Of a stretch of 40,185 bases of DNA, positions 30,962 to 40,185 are shown piece by piece; position 1 is the first letter of the stretch; the number at the start of each line of letters is the position of its first letter. The stretch lies in NCBI RefSeq assembly GCF_012927595.1, contig NZ_JABBOW010000178.1; one strand, 5' to 3'. The notes beneath the pieces were generated by a model. It was not told the DNA's origin, did no database searches, and saw only the letters and a program-made list of their open reading frames with translations. Position numbers and translations under genes: made by a program. Source of the stretch: Cellulomonas sp. GTDB taxonomy: Bacteria > Actinomycetota > Actinomycetes > Actinomycetales > Cellulomonadaceae.

Positions 30962-32068
30962 TCATCGGTCGAGGTGCTGGCCGAGCCAGGTGAGCGCCCG
31001 TGGCGTCATCGCGGCCCAGACGGCCCAGTTGTGCCCGCCGTGCTCGATCACTGCGATATCGACCGTGACATGCGGACCGACGACCTTCTGCAGCGCCTGG
31101 GCGTCACGCAGCGTGCCTGGGTCCGTTCGACTGACAGCCAGAAGGAGGGACACATCGCGAGGCGCGCCCGCCGCAACCAGTGTGAGCAGGTTGTTGGCTC
31201 GAGCGGTCTCACGGTCGACCGTGAGAGCAGGAGAGTCGGGCGCGTTGGACCCCGCGATGCCCACGGCGGCTCCGAAGGCGTCCGGATGGAGGAGCGTGAG
31301 CCGCACGGCGCACGTCCCCCCCGACGACAGCCCCAGCACGCTCCAGCGACTCTGCCCGAGCACCTGGAAGTTCGCCTGGACGAGCTCGCGTACGTCCCGG
31401 GTGAGCCAGGTGTCGACACGGGGGCCGCCTGGTGCGTCTGCGCAACCCCAGTCCTTGCCGCCGATGTTCGTTGAGGCCGCGACGACGATCATCGACGGGA
31501 GAGCACCCGACGCGATGAGCTGGGGTATCGCCGTGGGCATCCCGAGACCGTTGATCGCGTCGATCGGGTTGCCGGGGTAGCCGTTGAGCGACAGCAGGAC
31601 GGGCAACGGCGGGCCCGAGGGGGAGTATCCAGGCGGTGTCCAGACGAGGACCTGGCCCGTCACTCCCGATCGCGGCCCGGTGACGGTCGCCTGGACCATG
31701 CCGGCGGCGGCGGGGGCGAACGGGCTGGCGCTCGGAGGAACGGCGCCAGCACTCGCTGACGGTGTGCTCTTGACAGTGCTCGCGCCCCCCGACGATGCCG
31801 GTGGACCGTCCTGGATCGTCACGGCACCCAGGTCGGTGGCGCCGGCCAGCTCGCTCCAGGTCAGGTAGAAGGAGTTCTGCTGGTTGACAACGGCGAGCGC
31901 GCCGGCGACTGCCAGCAGCTGGCAGAGCGCGACCAGGCCCACCCGTTGGACGACCTTCAGCCACGCACGTCCGCGCACCCGGTCCCAGAGGGCGAGGGCG
32001 ACGACGACGGAGAGGATGCCTGCGGTGAGGGCAGTGGCCTCGAACTCTCTGCTCGCGGGGCTGAACAT
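30962..32068 (-). CDS. Alpha/beta-hydrolase esterase-family protein (esterase D/mycolyltransferase-like) with an N-terminal TM anchor
   Basis: LGLSSGGTCAV (GxSxG nucleophile elbow) and ...LNGYPGNPIDAINGLG.... Confidence 0.85.
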   Translation of the reverse strand: MFSPASREFEATALTAGILSVVVALALWDRVRGRAWLKVVQRVGLVALCQLLAVAGALAVVNQQNSFYLTWSELAGATDLGAVTIQDGPPASSGGASTVKSTPSASAGAVPPSASPFAPAAAGMVQATVTGPRSGVTGQVLVWTPPGYSPSGPPLPVLLSLNGYPGNPIDAINGLGMPTAIPQLIASGALPSMIVVAASTNIGGKDWGCADAPGGPRVDTWLTRDVRELVQANFQVLGQSRWSVLGLSSGGTCAVRLTLLHPDAFGAAVGIAGSNAPDSPALTVDRETARANNLLTLVAAGAPRDVSLLLAVSRTDPGTLRDAQALQKVVGPHVTVDIAVIEHGGHNWAVWAAMTPRALTWLGQHLDR

Positions 32069-32229
32069 CTGACGAGGCTATGACCTGCCCGCCAGCGCTT
32101 CGGACTGATTCCTCGCTCCGGTGGCAATCCCTCACACTTTCCCCTCATGCAGACGTTCACGGGCGGCCGTCACGGCCTCCTCCTCGTTCTTCGCGGCGGC
32201 CCGGCGGGCCCGCTACGCGGCGAGGTGTG

Positions 32230-32700
32230 CGGCTGGCCCCGTTGTCGTGCCGAACGAGCGAGGGCACCGCGGCTGCCTCGCGCAGCATGGCGTTCACCAT
32301 GCTGGCGGCCGGTCTGGTGCAGCAGGTCGTGGTCGGCCCGGATCCAGCAGTCCCGTTGCTGGGGGCTGCTGATCGGTCTCTGTCGGGGTGTCTGCAGTTT
32401 CGGGTGTGGTGGTTTTTCCGGCCCGTCGGTCCATCTCGTCGTGAGGGCCGTTCACACTGTGCAGACGCACCACCGACGTCTCGTCCCCGTAGGCCGTCGA
32501 GTATGCGGCCGGACCGCTCAGCGCCTCCGCCCAGTACGCCGCGAGACGTTCGGTGTGCCTCGGGCTGAAGCCATGACTGAACGCGTGGGCGACATCCGGC
32601 GCTCTACGCCGCAACTCCGAGGTCCGACCGACCCGACCGTGCGGAACGGCGCACGACCGTCCTGTCCGGGACGATGGCGCCGGCGGGCAACCGAGCACCG
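32230..32700 (-). pseudogene. Truncated haemoglobin (group I trHbN-like), N-terminally truncated and with at least 1 internal frameshift
   Basis: LRRRAPDVAHAFSHGFSPRHTERLAAYWAEALSGPAAYS...VVRLHSVNGPHDEMDRRA aligns to trHbN [29 protein letters not shown].PY...H.GRGIT. The G-helix continuation (MVNAMLREAAAVPSLV ~ HLADALTAAGVPSE) is in another frame. The N-terminal helices are absent, and the frame overlaps the 3' end of the hexapeptide gene. Confidence 0.45.
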
Positions 32701-33020
32701 CGTCCGACGACGACGTAGGACCCGATCCGGGCCCCGGCGCCGATCCGCGCCCCGTCGTGGACTCGCGCGCGCGGCCCGAGGTGGACGTTCCTGTCGACAA
32801 GGACGTCCTCCCCCACGATCACGTCATGGTCGAGCCAGCTTCCCGCGCCGATCCGCGAGCGGTCACCCAACCTGGCGCCGGTCTCGACATAGGCCGTAGG
32901 TGCTACCCACGCACCCCCATGCACCCGTGCGCCTGGCGAGACCAGCCCACCGCCGTTGGAGTGGCGCACATAGCGCACCATTCGACCGTCGTTGTCCTCG
33001 AACTCGACCTTGGCTGCCAT
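32604..33020 (-). CDS. Hexapeptide-repeat (left-handed beta-helix) family protein
   Basis: 138 aa from MAAKVEFEDNDG..., with repeated [LIV]-G-x-x-x-x hexads (VHGGAWVAPTAYVETGARLGDRSRIGAGSWLDHDVIVGEDVLVDRNVHLG...). A strong SD gagaaggaga lies before the ATG at 33020. Confidence 0.7.
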   Translation of the reverse strand: MAAKVEFEDNDGRMVRYVRHSNGGGLVSPGARVHGGAWVAPTAYVETGARLGDRSRIGAGSWLDHDVIVGEDVLVDRNVHLGPRARVHDGARIGAGARIGSYVVVGRGARLPAGAIVPDRTVVRRSARSGRSDLGVAA

Positions 33021-33141
33021 GCATCTCCTTCTCCACGTTCTGCCCAGTTGACATAACGCGCGGTCTGCAACAGAGATTCCACGGCGCCCGCCGGCCGGCG
33101 CAATGTGCCCGGCCCGGGCTCCGTGGAGCACGATGGAGCAC

Positions 33142-33612
33142 ATGACCACACTGGAGCGCCTGACCGCCGACCTGACCGCCTCGATGAAGGCCCGTACGGC
33201 ATTCCAGACGAATACCCTGCGCCAGATGATCGCCGCGGTGCGCACCGCGGCGAAGGCCGGGTCAGTCGCCCGCGAGCTGACGGAGGAGCAGGTCCAGGCC
33301 GTCCTGAGCGCCGAGGTGAAGAAGCGCCGGGAGAGTGCCCAGATCTACATGACAGCGGGCGCCGGTGAGCGCGCCGTGACGGAGACGTCCGAGGCGGACC
33401 TCATCGAGTCCTACCTGCCCGTGGCCCTCAGCATCGAGCAGCTGGGCGTGATCGTCTCCGATGCCATCGCCGCGACCGGCGCCGCCACCATCAAGGACAT
33501 GGGCAAGGTGATGAAGGTCGCAACAGCCTCCGCGGCCGGCTTGGGTCGGCTCGACAGCAAGGCACTGTCTGAGCGTGTGCGCAGCGCGCTGACTGGCGCT
33601 GGCGAGATCTGA
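33142..33612 (+). CDS. GatB/YqeY domain protein
   Basis: MTTLERLTADLTASMKAR...EEQVQAVLSAEVKKRRESAQIYMTAG...YLP...DMGKVMK is the typical YqeY. Confidence 0.85.
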   Translation: MTTLERLTADLTASMKARTAFQTNTLRQMIAAVRTAAKAGSVARELTEEQVQAVLSAEVKKRRESAQIYMTAGAGERAVTETSEADLIESYLPVALSIEQLGVIVSDAIAATGAATIKDMGKVMKVATASAAGLGRLDSKALSERVRSALTGAGEI

Positions 33613-33657
33613 TCACGAGGACGGCTTGCGACCTCGCGCATCCGGCATCGGCACTCG

Positions 33658-34209
33658 TCAACCGATCTCTCGTGCGGGCCATGGCAGATGTGCCGGCCGG
33701 GCAAGCACGATGTGGTTGGACACGAGGGCCTTCGCAGCGAACGTCCGCAGCTCGACGGTGCGGCCGCCCGGGCCGGCGAGTGCGAGCACCACGGTCTCCG
33801 CGGGCGTCGAACCGACTGCCGTGTCGTAACCGGCGACTCCGTCAACTTGCTCCCACGACAACTCGTGGATGACCTCGAAGGTGCGCCAGGCGAGCAGCAC
33901 CAGTCCGTCAGGGGTGATGACAAGCTCGACAGGACGGAGGCGCGACCCGGGCGGGGCCTGTTCGTCGCGGGAGTCCGGGAGCAGATCCATCCGGAAGTGC
34001 GCGACGGCGGACGGGTAGCGTGCCGCCACCGCCGAGCTCTCGCGCTGACTCGCGTGCCGCCCGACGAGCATCAGGGTCAGCGAGACTGCCGTGCCGACGA
34101 GGAGAACCCCTGTGACGACCGGCCGCGCCAACAGCCATGCCGTCGCAGCGACCAGGACGAACGGCGTGTGCCACCGGAGCTCCGGGGACCTGATGAGGCG
34201 CGCAAGCAC
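33658..34209 (-). CDS. Hypothetical membrane protein (2 N-terminal TM segments plus a soluble domain)
   Basis: 183-aa ORF with a hydrophobic N-terminus HTPFVLVAATAWLLARPVVTGVLLVGTAVSLTLMLVG. No recognisable family. Confidence 0.45.
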   Translation of the reverse strand: MLARLIRSPELRWHTPFVLVAATAWLLARPVVTGVLLVGTAVSLTLMLVGRHASQRESSAVAARYPSAVAHFRMDLLPDSRDEQAPPGSRLRPVELVITPDGLVLLAWRTFEVIHELSWEQVDGVAGYDTAVGSTPAETVVLALAGPGGRTVELRTFAAKALVSNHIVLARPAHLPWPAREIG

Positions 34210-34545
34210 AGACGGATCCTCTCTGACGTCTGGTGGCTCTCGAACCGGTCCGAGGCGGGCCGGACCAGCGCCGTCCGAGGCTATTGCACGCCGGTGTCAG
34301 CGCGCTGCACCTGCACCTGCACCTGTAGGGCTGATCGAGAGGCAGACCGATTCAGGCCCTCGTCGCGGTGGAGTCGGCGAGACTGTCCAGGGTGCCGACA
34401 GACCGGCTCGACACGTCGCCAACTCGAACGATGACCTGTGCGTCTCCCGTCAGCTCGTCTGGCGCAGCCGGCCACCACGCCGACCGGCACCCGACGAATG
34501 ACCGCAGGTCAACGGCTCCACGCTTGTTCGAGGCAGATGCTCGGG

Positions 34546-35172
34546 TCAGGGGCCTGCGGGCTTGCGTGCGTGGACGCGTTCGATCGCACCGTGAGTGAGC
34601 CGCTCGGTGTCGACGATCGTCAGGCCGAGGTCCCGGACGATGGTGAGGGGACGTCGGGTGTAGTGCTCGCCCTGCAGGGGTATGGACACCAGCTCCACCA
34701 GATGCTCCAGCGCACGGAGCGCCGGGTTGGACGCCACGATGTGGTCGGCGAGCAGCAGGCTGCCGCCTGGCCTGAGCACCCGGATCGCTTCCGAGAGGGC
34801 CGCCCGGTCGTCGGGGATGCAGCACAACGCGAAGGTGCAGACGACGGTGTCGAACCGTCCGTCGGCGAAGGGCAGAGCCATGGCGTCCGCCCTCGTCAGG
34901 GCGATCGGTCGCAGGATCCTGCTGGCGCGCCGCTCGGCGGCCTGCACCATCTGCGGGCTCCAGTCGACCCCGGTGAGGCTCACGGTGACGGGGTAGTAGG
35001 GGAAGTTCAGACCGGTGCCCACGGCCAGCTCGAGAGTCGAACCGGTGGCCCGCTGGCACACCCAGCGCCGGCTGTCGGCGAGGTAGCGACGCTCCACGGA
35101 GGCCGTCTTCTCCTCGTAGCGGGCGGCCTCGTCGTCCCAGTGGTCGATCAGCCGTTCGCGTCGTCCCGCCAC
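34546..35172 (-). CDS. Class I SAM-dependent methyltransferase (Methyltransf_11-like)
   Basis: LELAVGTGLN (motif I), ...FDTVVCTFAL..., VLRPGGSLLL (post-II). GTG start. Confidence 0.85.
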   Translation of the reverse strand: MAGRRERLIDHWDDEAARYEEKTASVERRYLADSRRWVCQRATGSTLELAVGTGLNFPYYPVTVSLTGVDWSPQMVQAAERRASRILRPIALTRADAMALPFADGRFDTVVCTFALCCIPDDRAALSEAIRVLRPGGSLLLADHIVASNPALRALEHLVELVSIPLQGEHYTRRPLTIVRDLGLTIVDTERLTHGAIERVHARKPAGP

Positions 35173-35316
35173 TGTCCCTCGATCCTGTCGGTCAGCGAGC
35201 CGCCGCGGAACTCGCGGGAGCGGCGGAAGATGCGGTACTCCTGCGCATCCTGGTCGGCGCGCCCGTCCCGACGCTGCACAATGCGTTCCCCCGCCGTCGC
35301 ACTCATGGTTGGCAAC

Positions 35317-35832
35317 CTACCGACGACGCAGCAGCGCGACCAGGACGCCGACCCCCACAGCCGTGATCACCCCGACCGGACCCATGACCGCCCACGCCGG
35401 CTCCCCGCGGCGCGCCGCGGTGACGAACGGTGTGACGAGGATCGGCAGGCCGGTCATGACCAGGACGACGACGGCGGCCGGAGCGAGCATGAGACCGGTC
35501 GGCCGAAGCAGCATCACAAGGCGCCCGACGCCCATCACGGCGGGCAGAACGATCGCCAGGTCCAGCACGTGCACGGGGTTGGACGGCAGGGCGAGGTCCA
35601 GGGCGCCCTTCGAGATGCGGCCCGACCAGAACGTCAGCCCGAGGACCGCCACCCACGCCAGGAAGAGCGGGGCGACGTGGATCGACATCGTGTAGATCGC
35701 GTAGTTGTACGCCGTGAAGGTCAGCACACCGGTCCACAGGAGCCCCGCCCGTAGATCGCGTCGACGGCGGCGAGCCCGATCCCGCTGGCGACCAGCGCGA
35801 TGACGGCAGCCGCGGCTGACGTGGCCCACCAC
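35317..35832 (-). CDS. Hypothetical integral membrane protein
   Basis: Arg-rich N-terminus followed by 4 hydrophobic segments. No family recognised. Confidence 0.4.
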   Translation of the reverse strand: MVGHVSRGCRHRAGRQRDRARRRRRDLRAGLLWTGVLTFTAYNYAIYTMSIHVAPLFLAWVAVLGLTFWSGRISKGALDLALPSNPVHVLDLAIVLPAVMGVGRLVMLLRPTGLMLAPAAVVVLVMTGLPILVTPFVTAARRGEPAWAVMGPVGVITAVGVGVLVALLRRR

Positions 35833-36088
35833 GTCGCGGCACGCTCACGGTCGCCGGGCGGCACTGGTCCGCCGGGGGTCATGGTGCGTGCGGAAGGGGT
35901 GGGGGATCTCGCCTCGGCAACCATGTGCCCAGCCGGTCGCCGGCTGCCCTCCGAGCAGCGTGCGAAGGTCCCACTCAGCGCCCCGCCCGGGCCGAGAGGC
36001 CCGCTCCTGCAGATCCCGCAGGTCGCGTCCGAGTCGGTGCGATACTCCACCGGGTGCCATCGGGCGCCCGCCGTCGACGGAGGCCGTT

Positions 36089-38143
36089 GTGTCGCTCTCA
36101 TCGCCCCTTGCCATCACCGTTCTCGTCCTCGCCGCAATCCTGGTCCTGACGGTTCTCCGGTCGCTGCGGTTCATCGGTGCAGCCGAGGTCGGGCTCGTCA
36201 ACAAGCGGCTGGGGGGGCGCCTCCAGGGAGACCAGGCGATCGCGTTCGCCGGCGAGGCCGGCTACCAGGCCCGACTCCTCATGCCCGGGCTACGGTTCAA
36301 GCTGTGGCCGATCTACTCGGTGACGAAGCACCCTTGGGTCCAGGTGTCCCCCGGCGAGATCGGCGTGGTGATCGCCCAGCTGGGGGCAGCGCTGCCCATC
36401 GGCGCCAAGAGCGCCGAGTACAAGGCGGCATTCGCCAACTTCACCAACCTCGACGTCTTCCTCAACGAGGGCGGCCAGAAGGGCATCCAGCGTCCGGTGC
36501 TGCCGCCCGGGACGCTGCTGCCGCTGCACCCGTTGGCGTTCCTCGTACTCACAGCGAGCCGGATGTACGGCGTCCCGATCTCTCGGGAAGGACGCCGGTC
36601 GACTCAAGAGCTCGGCACCCTCGGTCTAGTTCCCGACCAGCTGCGGGTCACCTTCATCGCACCGCAGGCCGACCGGGACGTGATCGGCGTCGTGACGACT
36701 CTCGAGGGCTACGCACCGGACGCCGGTGACATCGCGAGCCGGCTCGGTGGCTTCCAGGACATCGCTGCCCTGGAGGCGGCCGACGCGGCCGATGCTGAGA
36801 AGATCGAGGCGATCCTGTCGAGCAAGAACGGGTTGCACAACAACTACCAGGACTACCAGGCCTTCCTCGACCACGGCGGGCGCATCGGCCTGCAGCACGA
36901 CCCGCTGCTCTACGGTTCGTACCTGCTCAACCCGTTCCTGGTCACTGTCGAGATCGTGCCGATGCTCGTCGTGCGCCAGGGTGAGGTGGCCGTCGTCAAG
37001 GCCTATGTCGGTCTGCCGACGGTGGACACCTCCGGCGAGGACTTCAAGTTCGGTTCGATCGTGCGCCCCGGTCACCGAGGGATCTGGAACGAGCCGCTGC
37101 GCACCGGCAAGTACGCGATCAACCCCCGTCTCTATGCGGCAGAGCTCGTGCCGACATCGATCTTGACCCTGAACTGGGCCAATGAGACGTCCGCTGCGCA
37201 CAACCTGGACGAGGCGCTGAGCCCCATCGACGGCAAGTCCCGTGAAGGATTCGTCTTCGGGATCGACCTCCAGGTCCAGATCCACGTACCCGACTCCAAG
37301 GCGCCCAAGGTGATCTCCATGGTCGGCACCATGCAGAACCTGGTCAACGAGGTGCTGCAGTCGGCGGTGGGCAACTACTTCCGCAACGCACTCCAGCAGC
37401 TGCCCGCCGTGCAGTTCATCGAGACCCGCGACATCGTGCAGGAGAAGGCGCAGGAGTACATCACCGGCTACCTGAGCAACTACGACGTGGAGACACGAGG
37501 CGTCTACGTCCAGGACGTGGTCTTCCCGCCCGAGCTGGTGGCGGTGCTCACCCAGCGAGAGATCGCGAACCAGGAGCGGGTCACCTTCGAGGAGCAGCAG
37601 CGCGCCCAGGCGGTACGCGTCGACCTCGAACGTGTCCGGGGAACCGCGGACATGCAGAAGGACCTGGCCAAGGCCAACGTCAACGTGGACATCCAGAAGG
37701 CGGCGGCCGCGGCCCGGAGCGCTCAGGCCGAGGGCGAGGCCACCTTCGTGCGACTGACCGGTCAGGCCGAGGCGGACAAGCGCCGCGCGATCGGCCTCGC
37801 CCAGGCGAAGGCGATCGAGGCGCTCGGCCTCGCGAAGGCCGCCGGGTACGACGCGCAGGTCGCGGCCATCGGGCAGCAGGCGACGGCCGCTGTGGCCATC
37901 GCCGGCGCAGTCGGCGACGGCCACATCAAGATCGTGCCGGACGTCCTCGTCGGGAGCGCAGAGGCCAGCGGCGCGTTGACCGGGCTTGCGGCGACGCTCA
38001 CCGGAGCCCTGCGCACCTGGAGCCCCGGCCCAGCTGCGGCAGCAGCAGCAGCGCCGGTCGAGACGACACCCCCGACGCCCGACGCGGTGTCAGAGGGCTC
38101 CGCGGCCACGGACACGGGGACCACGCTCGCCGGCGCATCCTGA
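36089..38143 (+). CDS. Flotillin-like SPFH/band-7 protein (FloT/YqiK-like), ~684 aa
   Basis: N-terminal TM (LAITVLVLAAILVLTVL), an SPFH domain, and a long Ala/Glu/Gln-rich coiled-coil flotillin tail (...QAEGEATFVRLTGQAEADKRRAIGLAQAKAIEALGLAKAAG...). GTG 36089 lies 6 nt after GGAGG. The ORF-track start at 35888 is rejected. Confidence 0.85.
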   Translation: MSLSSPLAITVLVLAAILVLTVLRSLRFIGAAEVGLVNKRLGGRLQGDQAIAFAGEAGYQARLLMPGLRFKLWPIYSVTKHPWVQVSPGEIGVVIAQLGAALPIGAKSAEYKAAFANFTNLDVFLNEGGQKGIQRPVLPPGTLLPLHPLAFLVLTASRMYGVPISREGRRSTQELGTLGLVPDQLRVTFIAPQADRDVIGVVTTLEGYAPDAGDIASRLGGFQDIAALEAADAADAEKIEAILSSKNGLHNNYQDYQAFLDHGGRIGLQHDPLLYGSYLLNPFLVTVEIVPMLVVRQGEVAVVKAYVGLPTVDTSGEDFKFGSIVRPGHRGIWNEPLRTGKYAINPRLYAAELVPTSILTLNWANETSAAHNLDEALSPIDGKSREGFVFGIDLQVQIHVPDSKAPKVISMVGTMQNLVNEVLQSAVGNYFRNALQQLPAVQFIETRDIVQEKAQEYITGYLSNYDVETRGVYVQDVVFPPELVAVLTQREIANQERVTFEEQQRAQAVRVDLERVRGTADMQKDLAKANVNVDIQKAAAAARSAQAEGEATFVRLTGQAEADKRRAIGLAQAKAIEALGLAKAAGYDAQVAAIGQQATAAVAIAGAVGDGHIKIVPDVLVGSAEASGALTGLAATLTGALRTWSPGPAAAAAAAPVETTPPTPDAVSEGSAATDTGTTLAGAS

Positions 38144-38219
38144 CGCCCCACGCCGCAGCTGTGTCGTGGGGCGTGGCGCGACTCGCTGTCACCCCGGTGG
38201 AGTGCCGCTGACCGGTTGG

Positions 38220-39290
38220 TCAGCCCGCGAAGAGGTCGGTCAGCTGGGCTGCCTTCGAGGCGACGAAGTCCGCTGCGCGCCGCAGCCCGTCGACCGAGCT
38301 CGCCGCGAACGCCGCCGCCTGGGCGACACCCGCCACGTTCGCGCTCATCTCGGCCGCCACTGCGGACTGCTCCTCGACAGCCCCGGCGACTGTCGACTGC
38401 TGCGCTCCGATCTCGTCGATCAGCCGCAGGATGTTGTCGACGGCCGCGCCGGCGTCGGTGCTGTCGGACTGGATGGCCTCGATCATGGCGGCGATCTCAC
38501 CGGTCGCGCTCCGGGTCCGGCCGGCCAGCTCCTTGACCTCACCGGCGACGACGGCGAAGCCCTTGCCCGCCTCACCGGCGCGGGCGGCCTCGATGGTCGC
38601 GTTCAGCGCGAGCAGGTTCGTCTGCTCGGCAATCGCCGTGATGAGCTTGCTGACAGCACCGATCCGCGCGCTCGACTCCCCGAGCTTCGCCAAGCGCTCG
38701 CTGACGAGCCCGGCGGCACCCACGGCGAGGTTCGTCCCGTTCGCGGCGGCGGCCGCGCTGACGGCGATCTCGCGGATGCTCGCGGTCATCTGCTCCGATC
38801 CTGCCGCGACGGATGCCGCGCGGTTCGACAGGTCGTCGGCGCTTGCGGCAATCTGGTCACCGAGCCCGGTGAGCGACGCCGAGGACTCCGCCAGGTCGCC
38901 CGCGACCGACCGGGACGCGCGAGCGGTCTCATGCGCGTCGGTGACGTCGGTCCAGGTGACGACGAAGCCCTCCTCGAGACGGCTGATGACCACCTCCACG
39001 GCGGCACGACGACCTGCCTCGTCGACCGCGACGGCTCGCCGGACCGGGAAGTCCCGATCGTCGCGGATGATCGCAGCCAGCTCCGTGCGCAACGCGTTCA
39101 TGACCGCCGTGCCACGGACAGCGCCCACCGATGCGGCCAGCTCCGTGGCTGCGCGGTTGCGGGCGACGATCGTGCCGCTGGAGTCGGCCACCATCAGCAC
39201 CGGCGGCGCCGCCATGAAGATCTCCATGGGACCGATGCGGGCCACGAGGGGGTGCACGTCGGACGAGGAGCGGGCGAACAGGCGGGACAT
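38220..39290 (-). CDS. Soluble methyl-accepting chemotaxis protein (PAS-like N-domain + MCP signalling domain; no TM)
   Basis: MCP signalling core ...[39 protein letters not shown].... The start is MSRLFARS (ATG 39288-39290). Confidence 0.85.
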   Translation of the reverse strand: MSRLFARSSSDVHPLVARIGPMEIFMAAPPVLMVADSSGTIVARNRAATELAASVGAVRGTAVMNALRTELAAIIRDDRDFPVRRAVAVDEAGRRAAVEVVISRLEEGFVVTWTDVTDAHETARASRSVAGDLAESSASLTGLGDQIAASADDLSNRAASVAAGSEQMTASIREIAVSAAAAANGTNLAVGAAGLVSERLAKLGESSARIGAVSKLITAIAEQTNLLALNATIEAARAGEAGKGFAVVAGEVKELAGRTRSATGEIAAMIEAIQSDSTDAGAAVDNILRLIDEIGAQQSTVAGAVEEQSAVAAEMSANVAGVAQAAAFAASSVDGLRRAADFVASKAAQLTDLFAG

Positions 39291-39401
39291 GGCTACACCT
39301 TGCGTCGGCAGGTTGTGACCGCTGCCTATCGGCCGACCACGGAGCGTTGTGAGGACCGTCAATCCGCAGCGCGCGACGTCGCGACCCACAACACTGGTCA
39401 C

Positions 39402-39851
39402 ATGGCCACCCGACCGGACCGTGTGCTCGCCGCCGTTGTCGGCGGCGTCGTCGTCCTCGCGGTGATCGCCGGGGTGGCGGCGGCGAACCGCCCGGCTGCC
39501 ACGCTCGACCCGACCACCCCGCAGGGGGTCGTTCAGGAATACCTCAAGGCCGTGCTCGCGGGGGACTACCCGGCGGCCGCGAAGCTGCTCTCGTCGACGT
39601 CCGGGTGCGACCTCTCGGACGTCTCGTCCACGACGGTCTCGCAGTCCGCGCGCATCGTGCTCAAGGACATCGTCGTCGACGGTGACATGGCCGTCGTGAC
39701 GGTCGACGTCACCGAGGGCGCTGACAGCGGCCCCTTCGGTGACTCCGGTTATTCACACACCGAGCGCATCACCGCCGAGCGCGAGGGTTCGGCCTGGAAG
39801 ATCAGCGGATCGCCATGGTTGCTCTACCTGTGCAGGACGACGAAGGGCTGA
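39402..39851 (+). CDS. Hypothetical secreted or membrane-anchored protein
   Basis: 149 aa. [28 protein letters not shown] is an N-terminal anchor or signal. It is the genuine 3' part of the 1.8-kb ORF-track artefact 37986..39851. Confidence 0.55.
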   Translation: MATRPDRVLAAVVGGVVVLAVIAGVAAANRPAATLDPTTPQGVVQEYLKAVLAGDYPAAAKLLSSTSGCDLSDVSSTTVSQSARIVLKDIVVDGDMAVVTVDVTEGADSGPFGDSGYSHTERITAEREGSAWKISGSPWLLYLCRTTKG

Positions 39852-39852
39852 T

Positions 39853-40185
39853 CGTGATCATCTTCGGGCTCGTGTTCGCTCTGCTCACGATCGCCCTCCC
39901 GATCGCCCTGGTCGTGTGGGCCGTACGGCACTTCGGCAGCCGCTCAGGCGGACAGCGGAACGACGCGCGCAGCGTCCGGCGCTTCTTCCAGTACCTGCTG
40001 CTGTTCGGTCTGCTCATCGTGGCGGCCGTCGGGCTGTCGGAGCTCCTGGGCCTGCCGTTCCAGAAGGCAACGTTCGCCGGGGACAGCAGCAGCGAGGTGG
40101 CCCGCGCGCTGACCTTCACGGTGTTCGGAATCCCGATGTTCCTGCTGCTCGCGGCGTCGTCGCGGGGCCCGCGGCAACGCGACCC
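39853..40185 (+). CDS. Partial (5' end only) membrane protein running off the window end
   Basis: The GTG start overlaps the previous stop (TGATCGTG). VIIFGLVFALLTIALPIALVVWAV...LLLFGLLIVAAVGL gives at least 3 TM segments. Confidence 0.4.

Noticed and set aside
35147-35305. 52-aa ORF (MSATAGERIVQRRDGRADQDAQEYRIFRRSREFRGGSLTDRIEGQWRDDANG) whose stop overlaps the methyltransferase start
   Set aside because: Highly charged, with no recognisable motif. It could be a leader peptide, but the evidence is insufficient.
36626-39851. ORFs 36626..37924(-) and 37986..39851(+, 621 aa)
   Set aside because: The first is antisense to the flotillin gene. The second runs antisense through the MCP gene, and only its last 149 codons (39402..39851) look like a real gene.

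Overview
This is a high-GC (about 70%) actinobacterial chromosomal segment, most likely from the order Micrococcales, with no rRNA, no CRISPR array and no intact tRNA. The most coherent signal is on the left, so I read that first.

(1) 1-9.9 kb holds a complete DasR-type N-acetylglucosamine/PTS locus. On the minus strand an operon runs GntR/HutC regulator, EIIB, EIIB, EIIA, HAD phosphatase, nagA, nagB; a divergent EIIC, ptsI and a convergent ptsH follow. A perfect 16-bp dre operator (ACTGGTCTAGACCACT) sits upstream of ptsH, and a dre-like inverted pair lies between the regulator and EIIC. This locus is flanked by a frameshifted ArsB/NhaD-type permease and an orphan LuxR-HTH remnant.

(2) 9.9-17.2 kb carries ordinary genes: a Gfo/Idh/MocA oxidoreductase, a class-II UvrA-like ABC ATPase that lacks the UvrB-binding domain, a DoxX-like membrane protein, a PQQ-type beta-propeller protein and an aldo/keto reductase.

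(3) 17.3-31 kb is an accessory, heavily decayed mobile-DNA zone. It contains a large secreted SGNH/GDSL-PKD multidomain hydrolase translationally coupled to a small membrane protein. It also contains a conjugative-element remnant (T4CP/VirD4 fragments and a DUF4913-like N-terminus) that abuts the 3' half of a tRNA-Arg(CCT), consistent with an att junction. Remnants of at least five IS families are present (IS5-like, rve/IS3-481, IS1380, ISL3, IS3), together with a 5'-truncated nuclease-like ORF and a YtrA-type GntR paired with a DUF1648/PH membrane protein. There is also an internal MFS fragment, an apparently intact SNF2-family helicase with a possible SWIM-like remnant upstream, a second tRNA-3'-like fragment, a YD-repeat fragment and an AI-2E transporter.

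(4) 31-40 kb contains an esterase, a hexapeptide-repeat protein overlapping a multiply frameshifted truncated-haemoglobin pseudogene, YqeY/GatB, a SAM methyltransferase, a flotillin-like SPFH protein, a soluble MCP and small membrane or secreted proteins.

I do not see an intact, clearly novel multi-gene system. The best lead for something undescribed is the SNF2 helicase with its unknown N-terminal region and the nuclease-like remnant inside the IS graveyard. Many long ORFs in the supplied track are antisense or out-of-frame artefacts of the high GC content. Coordinates follow the supplied ORF track; a few displayed bases near 23.5-23.8 kb seem to disagree with the ORF translations by 1 nt.
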